A stretch of DNA of 64,000 bases. Origin: an uncultured delta proteobacterium (lineage in GTDB: Bacteria; Desulfobacterota; Desulfobacteria; Desulfobacterales; QNYZ01). Positions within the stretch are counted from its first letter, which is position 1. Every line of letters begins with the position of its first letter. Positions 9,701 through 19,629 of this stretch are shown in pieces. The notes beneath the pieces were generated by a model. That model did not search any database and had not been told where the DNA came from. It worked only from the letters and a program-made list of their open reading frames with translations. The stretch is taken from the NCBI GenBank assembly GCA_963845145.1, contig CAWJQU010000002.1, positions 512,001-576,000 of the forward strand, in the 5' to 3' direction. A program made the translations under genes and the position numbers.

Positions 9701-10492
9701 CCGAAACCGGCACTCCTATTCTTGAGGTCAAAGAGGTCACCAAAACCTTCGGTGGCATCATTGCCCTCAACAAGGTCAGCTTTCATGTCAATCCCGGCGA
9801 GATTTTAGGTATCATCGGCCCCAATGGGTCCGGCAAAACCACGGTTGTCAATTGCATCACCGGATTTATAAAAAACACCGCCGGTGAGGTCTACTTTAAA
9901 AGGCCGCTCTATTTCCGGTAAACCCCCGCATAAAATTGCCGACCTGGGAATCACCCGCACCTTTCAGATCATGCGCCCCTACTATAGCCTGCCTGCGTAT
10001 AAAAATCTGGTCATCCCCCTTTACTCGCCTCGTGCCAGAAGAACCGGCGGCTGGCGAGGGGGCGGCAAACTCGGAGATCGCCACACGGTGGGAATCGATA
10101 TTTTAGAAGAGATCGGTTTCGAACGGGATTCCTACGTTCCTTATAAAATCACCGGCACCCTGCCCACCGGTTATCTCAAGCGCCTGGAATTGGCCCGCTG
10201 CCTGGCCTTGAAACCTGAAGTTATTATTTGTGATGAAGTATTTTCGGGTCTTAGCATGAGTGAAATCGCCAGTATGGTGCCGCTCATCGAACGTTTGAAA
10301 ATGGAAGGGATTACTTTGGTGATGATTGAACACCGGTTGCGTGAGCTGTTCCAGGTGGCAGACCGCATCATGGTACTTAATTTCGGGGAGAAACTGATTG
10401 AAGGGACCGCAGAGAAAGTCATGGCTGATGAACGGGTTAAAGAAGCCTATTTCGGTTCCGAACAGGTGGAGGAGGTGATGAAGCATGCTTGA
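9697..10492 (+). CDS. Liv-type ABC ATPase (LivG-like), interrupted by a one-base insertion near 9900
   Basis: Walker A GPNGSGKT in ORF 9685-9921 continues into ORF 9884-10492 (ITRTFQ, LELARCLA, ICDE). Extra A in the A-run 9898-9901. Confidence 0.88.
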
Positions 10493-11231
10493 GGCAACCG
10501 GATTGATGGTATTTTACGAAAATATGCTGGCCTTAAACAACATCAGCATGGCCTGCGCCGCGGATCAAATCGTCGGAATATTCGGGGCCAACAGTGCCGG
10601 CAAATCTACCCTCATGTATGCCCTGTCCGGCATCATTTTGGATATTAAAAAAAAAGAGCAGATGGCCGGCGGCGAACGTATCACCGTTGCCGGGGATGTA
10701 ACCTTCATGGGAGAGCCCATCACCAATGTGAAACCCAGTAAGCGTGCCAGGAAGGGCCTTATTTTATGCCCGGAAAGACGTCGAATTTTTAAGGAAAGTA
10801 CGGTCCTGGAAAACTTGAAAATTGGCGGATATCTCGCCACGCCTGCTCAGGCCAAAGACACCCTGGATTACGTCTTCACCATTTTTCCGGCCATCAAAAA
10901 ACTGGCAAAACGTACCGGCGGTTTCTTAAGCGGGGGGGAGCAGCAGATGCTGGCCATCGGCCGTGCCCTTATGGCACAACCCAAGATATTGCTGTTGGAC
11001 GAGCCCCTGCTCGGTTTAAGTCCCCTCATGCAGTCCACTCTGATTCACGCCACACGTGACATCCGGGATCAGAAGAAGATATCGATTATTGTGACGGAAC
11101 AATATGCCCGACCGGTCTTGCCCATCGTCGATTACGCCTACATTCTTGAAAACGGTTCGGCGGTTTTGGAAGGGACGAAAGCCGATCTCCTGGACAACCC
11201 CGATGTTCGTTCAGCCTACTTTGGCATTTAG
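10485..11231 (+). CDS. Liv-type ABC ATPase (LivF-like)
   Basis: GANSAGKS, LSGGEQQMLAIGRALM, LLLDEP. Confidence 0.93.
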   Translation: MLEATGLMVFYENMLALNNISMACAADQIVGIFGANSAGKSTLMYALSGIILDIKKKEQMAGGERITVAGDVTFMGEPITNVKPSKRARKGLILCPERRRIFKESTVLENLKIGGYLATPAQAKDTLDYVFTIFPAIKKLAKRTGGFLSGGEQQMLAIGRALMAQPKILLLDEPLLGLSPLMQSTLIHATRDIRDQKKISIIVTEQYARPVLPIVDYAYILENGSAVLEGTKADLLDNPDVRSAYFGI

Positions 11232-11308
11232 GAAATGGTGACTCGCCAATGTTGGGCATAACCCGCGAACATTCAATTAAAGCACAACCGTAAGGAATAA
11301 AGAAAACA

Positions 11309-12964
11309 ATGCCTCCAGAAATGAACACGCTTGAAAACGAGTTGATTCATACCCGCTTTGATGCCATGAGCGAGAAATACCCTAATCGTGCGGCTGTCAT
11401 CTATCTGGGCACCCGCTATTCTTATGCCCGTCTACGCATTATGAGTGAACGGTTCGCCGGCGCATTAACCCGAATGGGTGTGCAAAAAGGGGATCGCGTC
11501 ATGATTTATATCAACAACTCGATCCAGTGGGTCATCGCGTTTATCGGCATTCAAAAAATCGGCGCCGTGCTTGTCCCCGTGGCGCCCATTTATACCTCCC
11601 ATGAAATTGAATATATGGTCAAGGACTCCGGCGCTGAAACCATTATCTGCATGGACACCAACTTTGGTTATGTGCAGGAAATTTTTGAAAATTCCGGATT
11701 AAAACGTGCCATCGTCACCAATCTGGCCGACTTGTTGCCCTGGTGGAAAAGAGTGCTCGGATTCATGTTTGACAAGGTGCCCAAAGGTCGGGTCGTAAAA
11801 CGCCCCTGGCTGTATCAGTTTAAAGCCATGGTAAAGGGGAAGCCGGTCACGACCTATCCCTCCATTGACCCTCGGACCGATCTGGCCTATATCCTCTACA
11901 CCGGCGGTACCACCGGTTTTCCCAAGGGCGTACCGGGAAACCATATGGGTATGACCTCATATGTCAACGATGTCAGCGAGGATGTAGCCGGCGATTACTT
12001 AAAGGAAGGCGAAGACTGCTACATCGCCGTCAACCCACTGTTTCATATCATGGCCTTGGGACTTTTTATGTCCATCGGACTAAACAAGGGCAACACCACC
12101 ATCCTCATGCCCAAACCCCAGGTAGATGCTATCCTCGAATCCATTGGCCGTTACAAGGTAAGGTGGATGTTGGGGGTTCCCGCCCTATACCGCATGATAT
12201 TAGAAAATGATCGTATCGACCGCTACAATATAGATTCACTAAAATATTGCTATTGCGGGGGTGATGTCCTTCCCGAGGAAGTAAAGATTCGCTGGAAAGA
12301 AAGATGCCATACGCCTATTTACCAGGTTTACGGTTCCACGGAGGTGGGACACGTTACTTACAGCCCCATTGGAAAAGAACCCCGCCCGCGATCCATCGGG
12401 CACGTTCTAAAAAGCCGCCGGGTACAAATCATGGATGCGGAAAAACTCACGCCTGTTAAAGGCGGTGAAAGTGGGGAGCTTTGGGTGACCTCGCCCTATT
12501 CGCTAAAGGAGTACTACCAGAAACCTGAAGAAACCAAAGCAACGTTTGTTGAATACGACGGCAAAATTTATTGTCGCATGGGCGATTTCGTCATTGAGCA
12601 CGATGACGGCGAAATCGTATATGTGGAACGCTCGGCCGACATCATCAAACATAAGGGATTCCGGGTCTCCGCTTCGGAAGTTGAGGCCGCATTGCAGGAT
12701 CACCCCACAGTTATCGGGGCATGTGTGATTGGAATTCCGGATGAACGGGTGGGTGAGCGCATTAAAGCGATTGTGGTACTGAAAGAGGATGCCAGAGGTG
12801 TCGGTGGCGCCGAACTGAGCAAATGGTGTAGCGACCGCTTGGCGGCTTATAAAGTGCCGGCGTACATTGAATTCCGGGATATGCTTCCCAAATCCAAGGT
12901 GGGCAAACTGCTTCGCCGTGAGGTGCGCGATGATGAAAAAAGACGTATGGCTAAAAAAGAATAG
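11309..12964 (+). CDS. AMP-forming acyl-CoA synthetase (long-chain fatty-acid CoA ligase-like)
   Basis: YTGGTTGFPKG, YGSTE, MGD, LPKSKVGKLLRR. Confidence 0.93.
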   Translation: MPPEMNTLENELIHTRFDAMSEKYPNRAAVIYLGTRYSYARLRIMSERFAGALTRMGVQKGDRVMIYINNSIQWVIAFIGIQKIGAVLVPVAPIYTSHEIEYMVKDSGAETIICMDTNFGYVQEIFENSGLKRAIVTNLADLLPWWKRVLGFMFDKVPKGRVVKRPWLYQFKAMVKGKPVTTYPSIDPRTDLAYILYTGGTTGFPKGVPGNHMGMTSYVNDVSEDVAGDYLKEGEDCYIAVNPLFHIMALGLFMSIGLNKGNTTILMPKPQVDAILESIGRYKVRWMLGVPALYRMILENDRIDRYNIDSLKYCYCGGDVLPEEVKIRWKERCHTPIYQVYGSTEVGHVTYSPIGKEPRPRSIGHVLKSRRVQIMDAEKLTPVKGGESGELWVTSPYSLKEYYQKPEETKATFVEYDGKIYCRMGDFVIEHDDGEIVYVERSADIIKHKGFRVSASEVEAALQDHPTVIGACVIGIPDERVGERIKAIVVLKEDARGVGGAELSKWCSDRLAAYKVPAYIEFRDMLPKSKVGKLLRREVRDDEKRRMAKKE

Positions 12965-13009
12965 GAGTGTCCCCAATATGTGCGGCATAGGTGATAATGG
13001 GAGAACCCC

Positions 13010-13528
13010 ATGAAAGAGAATACGCTTGAAAATAGACGAATATTGGCCGTGGATGACGAACCGGATGTTCTTGAAACCCTGGAAGACCTTTTAACGGGCA
13101 TCAAGGGTCTGACGTTCGATACCGCCACCGACTATGAAGGCGGTTTCCACCTGATTCGCTCATGGACCTATGACGCCGTTATCCTCGACATCATGGGGGT
13201 CCGTGGATTCGACCTCCTCAGCACGTCGGTTCAACGCGGATTTCCAACCATCATGCTTACCGCCCATTCACTCTCGCCGGAAAGCCTGAAAAAATCCATT
13301 CAACTTGGCGCCAAAGCATACTTGCCCAAGGAAAGAATGGACGATATTCCTGAATTTTTAGAAGATGTTATCGGGATGGACCGCAAAAAAGCCCTTGGTC
13401 GAATGATGACCCGTCTTGGGCCTTTTTTCTCCAAACGCTTTGGTGGTGATTGGCGGGAGAGTGAAAAGTCCTTCTGGAAAAAAGTAGAAAGCGGCGAATA
13501 CGATAAGGGGCCGGTTATACTGGCCTAA
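13010..13528 (+). CDS. Response regulator receiver protein with short C-terminal extension
   Basis: ILAVDDE, LDIMGVRG, MLTAH, YLPK. Confidence 0.88.
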   Translation: MKENTLENRRILAVDDEPDVLETLEDLLTGIKGLTFDTATDYEGGFHLIRSWTYDAVILDIMGVRGFDLLSTSVQRGFPTIMLTAHSLSPESLKKSIQLGAKAYLPKERMDDIPEFLEDVIGMDRKKALGRMMTRLGPFFSKRFGGDWRESEKSFWKKVESGEYDKGPVILA

Positions 13529-13609
13529 ACCCAACGATGCAAATTCATTTCCGCCTTCCAAGGGTATACCCTGAGGATACTTAACCTGATCCTAAAAGGA
13601 GGACCCACC

Positions 13610-14179
13610 ATGCGTATTCATGTCCGTTTGGCACCGACCCTTTTAAAGATCGTGTTTGGTCTTATCCTCTCTTCTTTAGTCGCCTGTGGGGGCGGCCAGG
13701 TGCAAAAGGAAGAGGCGCCGCAACCACCTTTGTCAAAAAAGTATCAGCGTATTGTTCTGATGGATTACCAAGGCACCCCGGAAGTCGTAAAAGATTATTT
13801 CAAGTCCCTGGAAAAATGCCGGACCAGCACCATAAATGCTCTGCAGGCAGCAGGTTCTTTTAAAAGGGTCGGCAGATTTTATGCAACGACGGACTACGAT
13901 GAAAATGATCTCCTGGTTAAGGCTACCGTTACACAAATGCGTATCGTCGGTGTCGCGGCCCGTGTTTGGGGGGGCGCTTTTGCCGGCCGCTCCTATATGA
14001 ACTTGGATGTCAGGCTCATAGACGGTGCTACCCGCGAAGAGATTCGTTCCAAACTATTTTACAGTTCGAACAACCCCTTTGCCGCCTCTTGGGTCGGGGG
14101 AATCAGCGACCGTTCCCTCCCGGCCGACATGGGAAAAATGATGGCCGCGTATCTTGTCTCCGTCACGCCTAAGCCTTAG
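13610..14179 (+). CDS. Lipoprotein, DUF4410-like
   Basis: Lipobox LVAC; AARVWGGAFAGRS motif. Confidence 0.7.
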   Translation: MRIHVRLAPTLLKIVFGLILSSLVACGGGQVQKEEAPQPPLSKKYQRIVLMDYQGTPEVVKDYFKSLEKCRTSTINALQAAGSFKRVGRFYATTDYDENDLLVKATVTQMRIVGVAARVWGGAFAGRSYMNLDVRLIDGATREEIRSKLFYSSNNPFAASWVGGISDRSLPADMGKMMAAYLVSVTPKP

Positions 14180-14300
14180 TGGAAGATTCTTTGAACAAAC
14201 TCAATATCTGGTATAATGAGCATATTAGAACGACTCTAAAGAATACTAAATCGCATTGTTAACGACTCATGGTCTAATTATATTCTGATTAGGAGAAAAA

Positions 14301-15059
14301 TCATTGAATTAGTAATTGGTGAACCAGCTTTGCGCACAGGGCAAACAGCATCAGACTGAAAATGATTCGGATTGTTTTTCCTTTCATGTGCGCACTCATG
14401 ATTCTTGCCCCTGCCTGTCCACCGGCAAAAGATGCCACAGCGGCAGGAAGGATGAATCGCCAATTAATTTGTTCCACGGCAGCGTAGCCCAAAAAACCTG
14501 TCAAGGAAGAGAAACACACAATAAAAGTCGAAGAGGCCGCTGCGATTTTTGTGGGGGTTTTTAGTATGTATATCAGAAGGGGAACAACAAAAACGCCACC
14601 GCCGATACCAAGAAAACCACCCATTAAGCCAATGCATACTCCAATCCCAAGTCCGCCGATGATTCTTTTTAAAGGACCGACACTGACACCATTTGCTTGT
14701 TTTGGAGGAGTCATAAGCATTCGACACCCTGCTAAGGCCAGAACGATCGACATGATGACCATGAACGGTGTCGTATCAACCCGTGAATTTAAATAGGAAC
14801 CTATGGGTGCAGCAAGCCCAGAGGACACTATCAAAGGTATTGCAAGTGAAAAATTCACCATCTTTTTTTGTGAATACGTATATGCGGCAGACGCAGCAGC
14901 AATAAAATTAAGAAACAGTGAGGCCGATGCAGCATCGACCTTAGCAAAACCGAGGATCACAAAAAGAGGAGAAAAGATAAGCCCTCCCCCAAGACCAACC
15001 ATTGTCAGCACCAACGCTATCAAAAATATACCAAGAATAAGAATAACTGATGGGGTCAT
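14301..15059 (-). CDS. Sulfite exporter TauE/SafE family
   Basis: Duplicated GLGGG/GIGGGVFVVP motifs, about 8 TM segments. Confidence 0.92.
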   Translation of the reverse strand: MTPSVILILGIFLIALVLTMVGLGGGLIFSPLFVILGFAKVDAASASLFLNFIAAASAAYTYSQKKMVNFSLAIPLIVSSGLAAPIGSYLNSRVDTTPFMVIMSIVLALAGCRMLMTPPKQANGVSVGPLKRIIGGLGIGVCIGLMGGFLGIGGGVFVVPLLIYILKTPTKIAAASSTFIVCFSSLTGFLGYAAVEQINWRFILPAAVASFAGGQAGARIMSAHMKGKTIRIIFSLMLFALCAKLVHQLLIQ

Positions 15060-15253
15060 AAGTCACTCTCTTACGATTTCTCTGACTGTAAAGGGGCCTC
15101 TTGATTTCGAAAAAAATAAGGCGGATTTTTTGTATAGCCGTTCACCTTTCCGCCCTTAATGCTTTGATACATTGGGATCTTATTAACATTCGGAATTATA
15201 AAATTTTATGCCGATATGCTTTGGTCATCCCCGGGGTAACACGAAAACCGCGA

Positions 15254-15400
15254 TCAATACAAGATTTGGCCGGTTGTTATTATTTTCGCGATATAATGGC
15301 ACCCTTCTTTGCTGGCCACGTCAGCAAAAAACGTGTACTTATTTCGGGTTTCTGATTCACCTATGAACGCGGCTTTTAAATTTTCTTGGGCCTTACTCAA
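15254..15400 (-). pseudogene. Rubrerythrin N-terminal remnant
   Basis: Manual translation (TTG)SKAQENLKAAFIGESETRNKYTFFADVASKEGCHYIAKI, then similarity is lost. RBS AAGGAG intact. Below the ORF-track cutoff. Confidence 0.8.
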
Positions 15401-15466
15401 TATAACTCTCCTTTTATCGATTTTTATCGCCTAAATAAGCTTTGTATCGGGCAACCGCGGAACCGA

Positions 15467-16231
15467 TTATTCAATTGTCTGAGTGGCCGATTCCAGATGG
15501 TCTACAATTTGTTCGGGAGTGAGAACACAACCTGTGGATATGATCTTGTCATTGATGATCAATGCAGGCGTAACAGCAACTCCCATTTTTTGAAAATAGC
15601 CGATATCGGTTCTTTTCTTTATCGAACATCTTTCTGCGCCACCAAAACCCTCAACTGCACTCATAACATTTTCATACAGAGTGTCACATTTTTTACAGCC
15701 GGGTCCCAGCACTTCGATTACGGTTTCTATATGCGGTCGATTCTCTTGACGGATATGCGAATACGCCGCTTCGATCCAGTTTCGTGTTTGACCGGCATCG
15801 GGAACACATCCCTGGTGGACGGGTTCACCATTTATTACAAGCACTGGCGTCATCATAATACCAGCCTCCAGAGCTTGAACCTCGCACGGTCGCAATGCTT
15901 CGTCCAATTCCGGCGTCCATTTGGCGGCAGCCGAAGTGCAGCATTGGGGCTGTCCGGAACTGGATTCAGTCAAACCTGCTTTATCGATCATCTTATAAAT
16001 TGCCGGCCAGCCCATCGTAATTCCCAATATTTTAGCCACATCTTTTGCGGTCCCAGGGACAAGTCCCTCCACTTTGGCAAGTTGGTATGCCTCATTGCTG
16101 GTATACCCAACGTGCCTGACGGACACCGGTAAATGAAGATCGTTGACGATGTCCACAACCATTTGATTCAAATAGTCACACCGTGGACATGGCGGATCAG
16201 TCCCTATGATCCATATTTCTTCTGCTGACAT
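15467..16231 (-). CDS. Tandem thioredoxin-fold protein (MTH895/ArsE-like redox-active disulfide domains)
   Basis: IIGTDPPCPRC...GIMMTPVLVING and IEVLGPGCKKC...GVAVTPALIIND; RBS GGAG. Confidence 0.85.
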   Translation of the reverse strand: MSAEEIWIIGTDPPCPRCDYLNQMVVDIVNDLHLPVSVRHVGYTSNEAYQLAKVEGLVPGTAKDVAKILGITMGWPAIYKMIDKAGLTESSSGQPQCCTSAAAKWTPELDEALRPCEVQALEAGIMMTPVLVINGEPVHQGCVPDAGQTRNWIEAAYSHIRQENRPHIETVIEVLGPGCKKCDTLYENVMSAVEGFGGAERCSIKKRTDIGYFQKMGVAVTPALIINDKIISTGCVLTPEQIVDHLESATQTIE

Positions 16232-16434
16232 AAATACTCCTTTTACTTGACCTATCATAAAAGTGATATTTTGCTAACTTGATTGAAAAATAATTATAAA
16301 GTCACCGGCGATATTAACAACAGGTATTTGAAAAATAACAAAATCTCAAGAATAAACCATTTTTGCATTCACACATCCAGTGCCCCACTTTATGGTATTC
16401 CGGAGATGATAGTTCCCGTGTAAATCCAAAGTGG

Positions 16435-17982
16435 TTACGCGCTTGAATCATTTAGACCGAAATCAACCCCTTGCGCCAATACCGTCTCTCGGCCCCAGTT
16501 AATTGTATTGGTCTGTCTGCGCATATAGGCTTTCCAGGAATCGGAGCCGCTTTCCCTTCCGCCACCGGTATCTTTTTCACCACCAAAAGCCCCCCCGATT
16601 TCGGCACCACTGGTTCCAATGTTGACATTGGCGATGCCACAATCACTACCAGCATGGCCGAGAAATGCTTCGCTTTCATTTAATGAATCGGTAAAAATAG
16701 CCGACGATAGCCCCTGGGGGACATTGTTATGGATGGCCAGGGCCTCAGGAAATGAATCGTAGGAAATAATATAAAGCAAAGGCGCAAAAGTCTCCTCCTG
16801 GACCGTGTGGTATTCATTTTTAACTTCCATGATGGTCGGCGTCATATAAAAGCCTTTTTCAAGCCCGGCGGGGTATAGCCGCTCTCCACCGTAAAGAAGC
16901 CGACCACCTTCTTTTTTGGCACGCTCAATGGCTCGGTTCATATTATCGATGGCTGCCCCATCTAGCACCGGTCCCATCAATGTGTCTGCTTCGCGTGGAT
17001 CCCCAATCCGAATTTGGTCGTAAGCGGATACCAAGGCGGAAACAAAACGATCCTTTATCGATTGGTGAACAATGATTCGACGGGTGGATGTGCACCGCTG
17101 CCCGGCTGTCCCGACAGCTCCGAAAAGAGCGGCATTTAAGGCCATGGGAAGGTCAGCCTTGGGGGTGACAATGATGGCATTATTGCCGCCGAGTTCAAGG
17201 AGTGACCGACCCAACCGTTTTGCTACGGATTCACCGACATGACGACCCATGTTAGTGCTCCCCGTGGCGCTCACCAGCGGAATGCGACGATCGCTGATCA
17301 AGGCCTCACCAATGTCGCTCCCTTTTCCGATCACCAGGTTAAACACCCCGTCTATGCCATGTTTATCGACAATTGGGGCAATGATGTTCTGGACGGCAAT
17401 GGCGGTCAAAGGTGTTTTAGAACTAGGCTTCCATATCACCACATCGCCACAAATGGCTGCGATGAGCGCATTCCAACTCCAAACCGCCACCGGGAAGTTA
17501 AACGCCGTCACCACGCCCACAATCCCTAATGGATGCCACTGCTCGTACATCCGGTGATGTGGCCTCTCACTATGCATGGTCAGACCGTACAACTGCCGGG
17601 ATAATCCCACAGAAAAATCGGCAATGTCGATCATCTCCTGGACTTCGCCATACCCTTCTCCAATAGGTTTTCCCATTTCCAGCGTAACCAATCGGCCTAA
17701 AGGCTCTTTGTACTTCCTCAAGGCTTCACCGATCTCACGAACAATCTGTCCACGTTGGGGAGCCGGGACCATTCGCCATTTTTCAAAAGCCGTTTGGGCC
17801 TTGTTGATCACCACCGCATAATCGTCGGTCGTGGCCTGAATCACTTCGGCAATAGGCTTTCCGTCAATGGGAGAAACCGATACGAGGGATTCACCGGCTG
17901 TCTGCACCCACCCACCGCGGGCACCTGTGGTCGCACCATCATTTTTTGATTTGATCCCCAATTGATTCAATAATTCGTTCAT
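16435..17982 (-). CDS. Aldehyde dehydrogenase family 7 (piperideine-6-carboxylate / alpha-aminoadipic semialdehyde dehydrogenase-like)
   Basis: LELGGNN, GTAGQRCT, EETFAP, GTSGAEIGGAFGGEKDTGGGRESGSDSWKAYMRRQT. Confidence 0.93.
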   Translation of the reverse strand: MNELLNQLGIKSKNDGATTGARGGWVQTAGESLVSVSPIDGKPIAEVIQATTDDYAVVINKAQTAFEKWRMVPAPQRGQIVREIGEALRKYKEPLGRLVTLEMGKPIGEGYGEVQEMIDIADFSVGLSRQLYGLTMHSERPHHRMYEQWHPLGIVGVVTAFNFPVAVWSWNALIAAICGDVVIWKPSSKTPLTAIAVQNIIAPIVDKHGIDGVFNLVIGKGSDIGEALISDRRIPLVSATGSTNMGRHVGESVAKRLGRSLLELGGNNAIIVTPKADLPMALNAALFGAVGTAGQRCTSTRRIIVHQSIKDRFVSALVSAYDQIRIGDPREADTLMGPVLDGAAIDNMNRAIERAKKEGGRLLYGGERLYPAGLEKGFYMTPTIMEVKNEYHTVQEETFAPLLYIISYDSFPEALAIHNNVPQGLSSAIFTDSLNESEAFLGHAGSDCGIANVNIGTSGAEIGGAFGGEKDTGGGRESGSDSWKAYMRRQTNTINWGRETVLAQGVDFGLNDSSA

Positions 17983-18100
17983 GGCTTTCTCCAAAAGAAC
18001 AGGGTTGATGATCATGCAGTAGCGTCCGAAACAGTCCGCACGGCATGTTCGAAAGTGATTTTTCCTCTTATTGCAATATAAGCATAGACAAGATAAAAGT

Positions 18101-18140
18101 ATAATTCATAATTATAATGCTCTTTATGAATATCATTCAT
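18101..18140. promoter_or_regulatory. Two LysR-type T-N11-A palindromes in the divergent promoter
   Basis: ATAATT-CAT-AATTAT (18101-18115) and ATGAAT-ATC-ATTCAT (18126-18140). Confidence 0.6.
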
Positions 18141-18154
18141 TTATATGGAGATTT

Positions 18155-19057
18155 ATGGATCTGTACCAGCTTAGAATATTTTTCACGCTCTGCAAGGTGC
18201 AGAGCTATACCAAAGCCGCCCAAGCCTTGCATGTGACCCAGTCGGCAGTCAGCCATGCCATTCGAAAGCTGCAAGCATCCGTCGAAACACCGCTGATTCA
18301 TAAAAAGGGCAAGCAGTTTGAGTTAACATCCGCCGGACGGGATATGTACCGGTCTTGTGAGCTGATTTTCTACGAAATAGATAAGGTCGAGGAAAGCTTG
18401 AAGCGATACTCTCAAAATCAGGCGTGGCATATCTGCTTAGGAAGCCCTGTGGAATTCGGCACGACGATTCTTTTACGCCATATTCAAGAGTTCTTGCAGG
18501 CCGAGCCCCGCATCCACCTTGATTTTCTATTTTCGAATAGCCTGAGAGAGCCTCTGGTTAGAGATGAAGTAGATTTTATCATTGATTGCCGCGACCATTT
18601 CCTGCCGAATACGGAAGCCATTTTTCTTTTCCGGGAGCAGTATGTGGCCATCTGTTCCCCAGACTATTTAAAAGAATGTGTTTTAAGAAGTATCCGGGAC
18701 CTGAAAGAAGCCACGATCCTCTCCATGGATAAAGATGCCGTTTGGTGGAAAAATTTTCAAACCACCCTGCCCCCCGATTCACGAATTATCTTTAAACACG
18801 TCGTCCGGATCAACCATGTCCGCGGGATTATCAACGGCGCCATCCATGGCCTCGGCGTGGGCTTTGTCCCCAAATATACGGTCATCCGTGAATTAAACGA
18901 AAAGATCCTCGTCAACCCGTTTCCGGAAATCAAGCCAGCCGCGGACCATTTCAACATATTCATTAAAACGCCAAAACTAAAACTCGAAAAAAATAGAGCC
19001 CTCATCGACTTTTTAACCCACATAGAACCGGTGGAGTTTGGTTCCGAGACAGGGTAA
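18155..19057 (+). CDS. LysR family transcriptional regulator
   Basis: SYTKAAQALHVTQSAVSHAIRKL HTH; divergent from the ALDH gene. Confidence 0.95.
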   Translation: MDLYQLRIFFTLCKVQSYTKAAQALHVTQSAVSHAIRKLQASVETPLIHKKGKQFELTSAGRDMYRSCELIFYEIDKVEESLKRYSQNQAWHICLGSPVEFGTTILLRHIQEFLQAEPRIHLDFLFSNSLREPLVRDEVDFIIDCRDHFLPNTEAIFLFREQYVAICSPDYLKECVLRSIRDLKEATILSMDKDAVWWKNFQTTLPPDSRIIFKHVVRINHVRGIINGAIHGLGVGFVPKYTVIRELNEKILVNPFPEIKPAADHFNIFIKTPKLKLEKNRALIDFLTHIEPVEFGSETG

Positions 19058-19143
19058 AAAACCGGAATAGTGTTTACTATCCCCCTTTATCGGGCTACAG
19101 CGCCTTTTCCTTGCCCTTGAGTGCCCCAAATCCTCCATATAGG

Positions 19144-19175
19144 CATTCCATCCCCTCCATTTGGCCGTTCGTCCC
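19144..19175 (+). promoter_or_regulatory. LytTR-type imperfect direct repeat
   Basis: CATTCCATCCC and CCGTTCGTCCC with a 21-bp period; the second contains the AlgR-type core CCGTTCGTC. Confidence 0.55.
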
Positions 19176-19337
19176 AAACGACTCGCAATGAACATACATA
19201 TCAGGAACTCTCTTCCAAAAGAGATGCCAATGGGATGACTATTTCATATTAGCTCTGGATAAATCCATTAGGCGGTGCCAGAACATTTGAGAAAATCATG
19301 GCAGATTGGACCAAAAACAAATTTAAAAAAGGAGGAA

Positions 19338-19610
19338 ATGATGGAACACAATCAAAATGCGTACCAACGGGCTGAAAAGCGGGTCAAAGCGAAGCTTGGT
19401 TTCTACTACAACTTGTCAATTTATATGGTCATATGTCTTTTACTAATTATCATCAACCTTAGCACATCACCGGAATACTTTTGGGCCAAGTGGCCACTGA
19501 TGGGTTGGGGGATAGGCATCTTATTTCATGCATTGGGTGTCTTTGTTTTTTCCGGAAAATCGGCTATCATTCAGCAAATGATCGAAAAAGAGATGAAAAA
19601 AGATATTTAG
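19338..19610 (+). CDS. 2TM domain protein
   Basis: AYQRAEKRVKAKLGFYY...WPLMGWGIGILFHA; RBS AGGAGG. Confidence 0.9.
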   Translation: MMEHNQNAYQRAEKRVKAKLGFYYNLSIYMVICLLLIIINLSTSPEYFWAKWPLMGWGIGILFHALGVFVFSGKSAIIQQMIEKEMKKDI

Positions 19611-19629
19611 ATGGTAAGGAAACAATCGC

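Noticed and set aside
9895..9901. TTTAAAA as a programmed -1 frameshift site
   Set aside because: Restoring the protein needs a +1 shift, and similar homopolymer indels occur elsewhere in the window.
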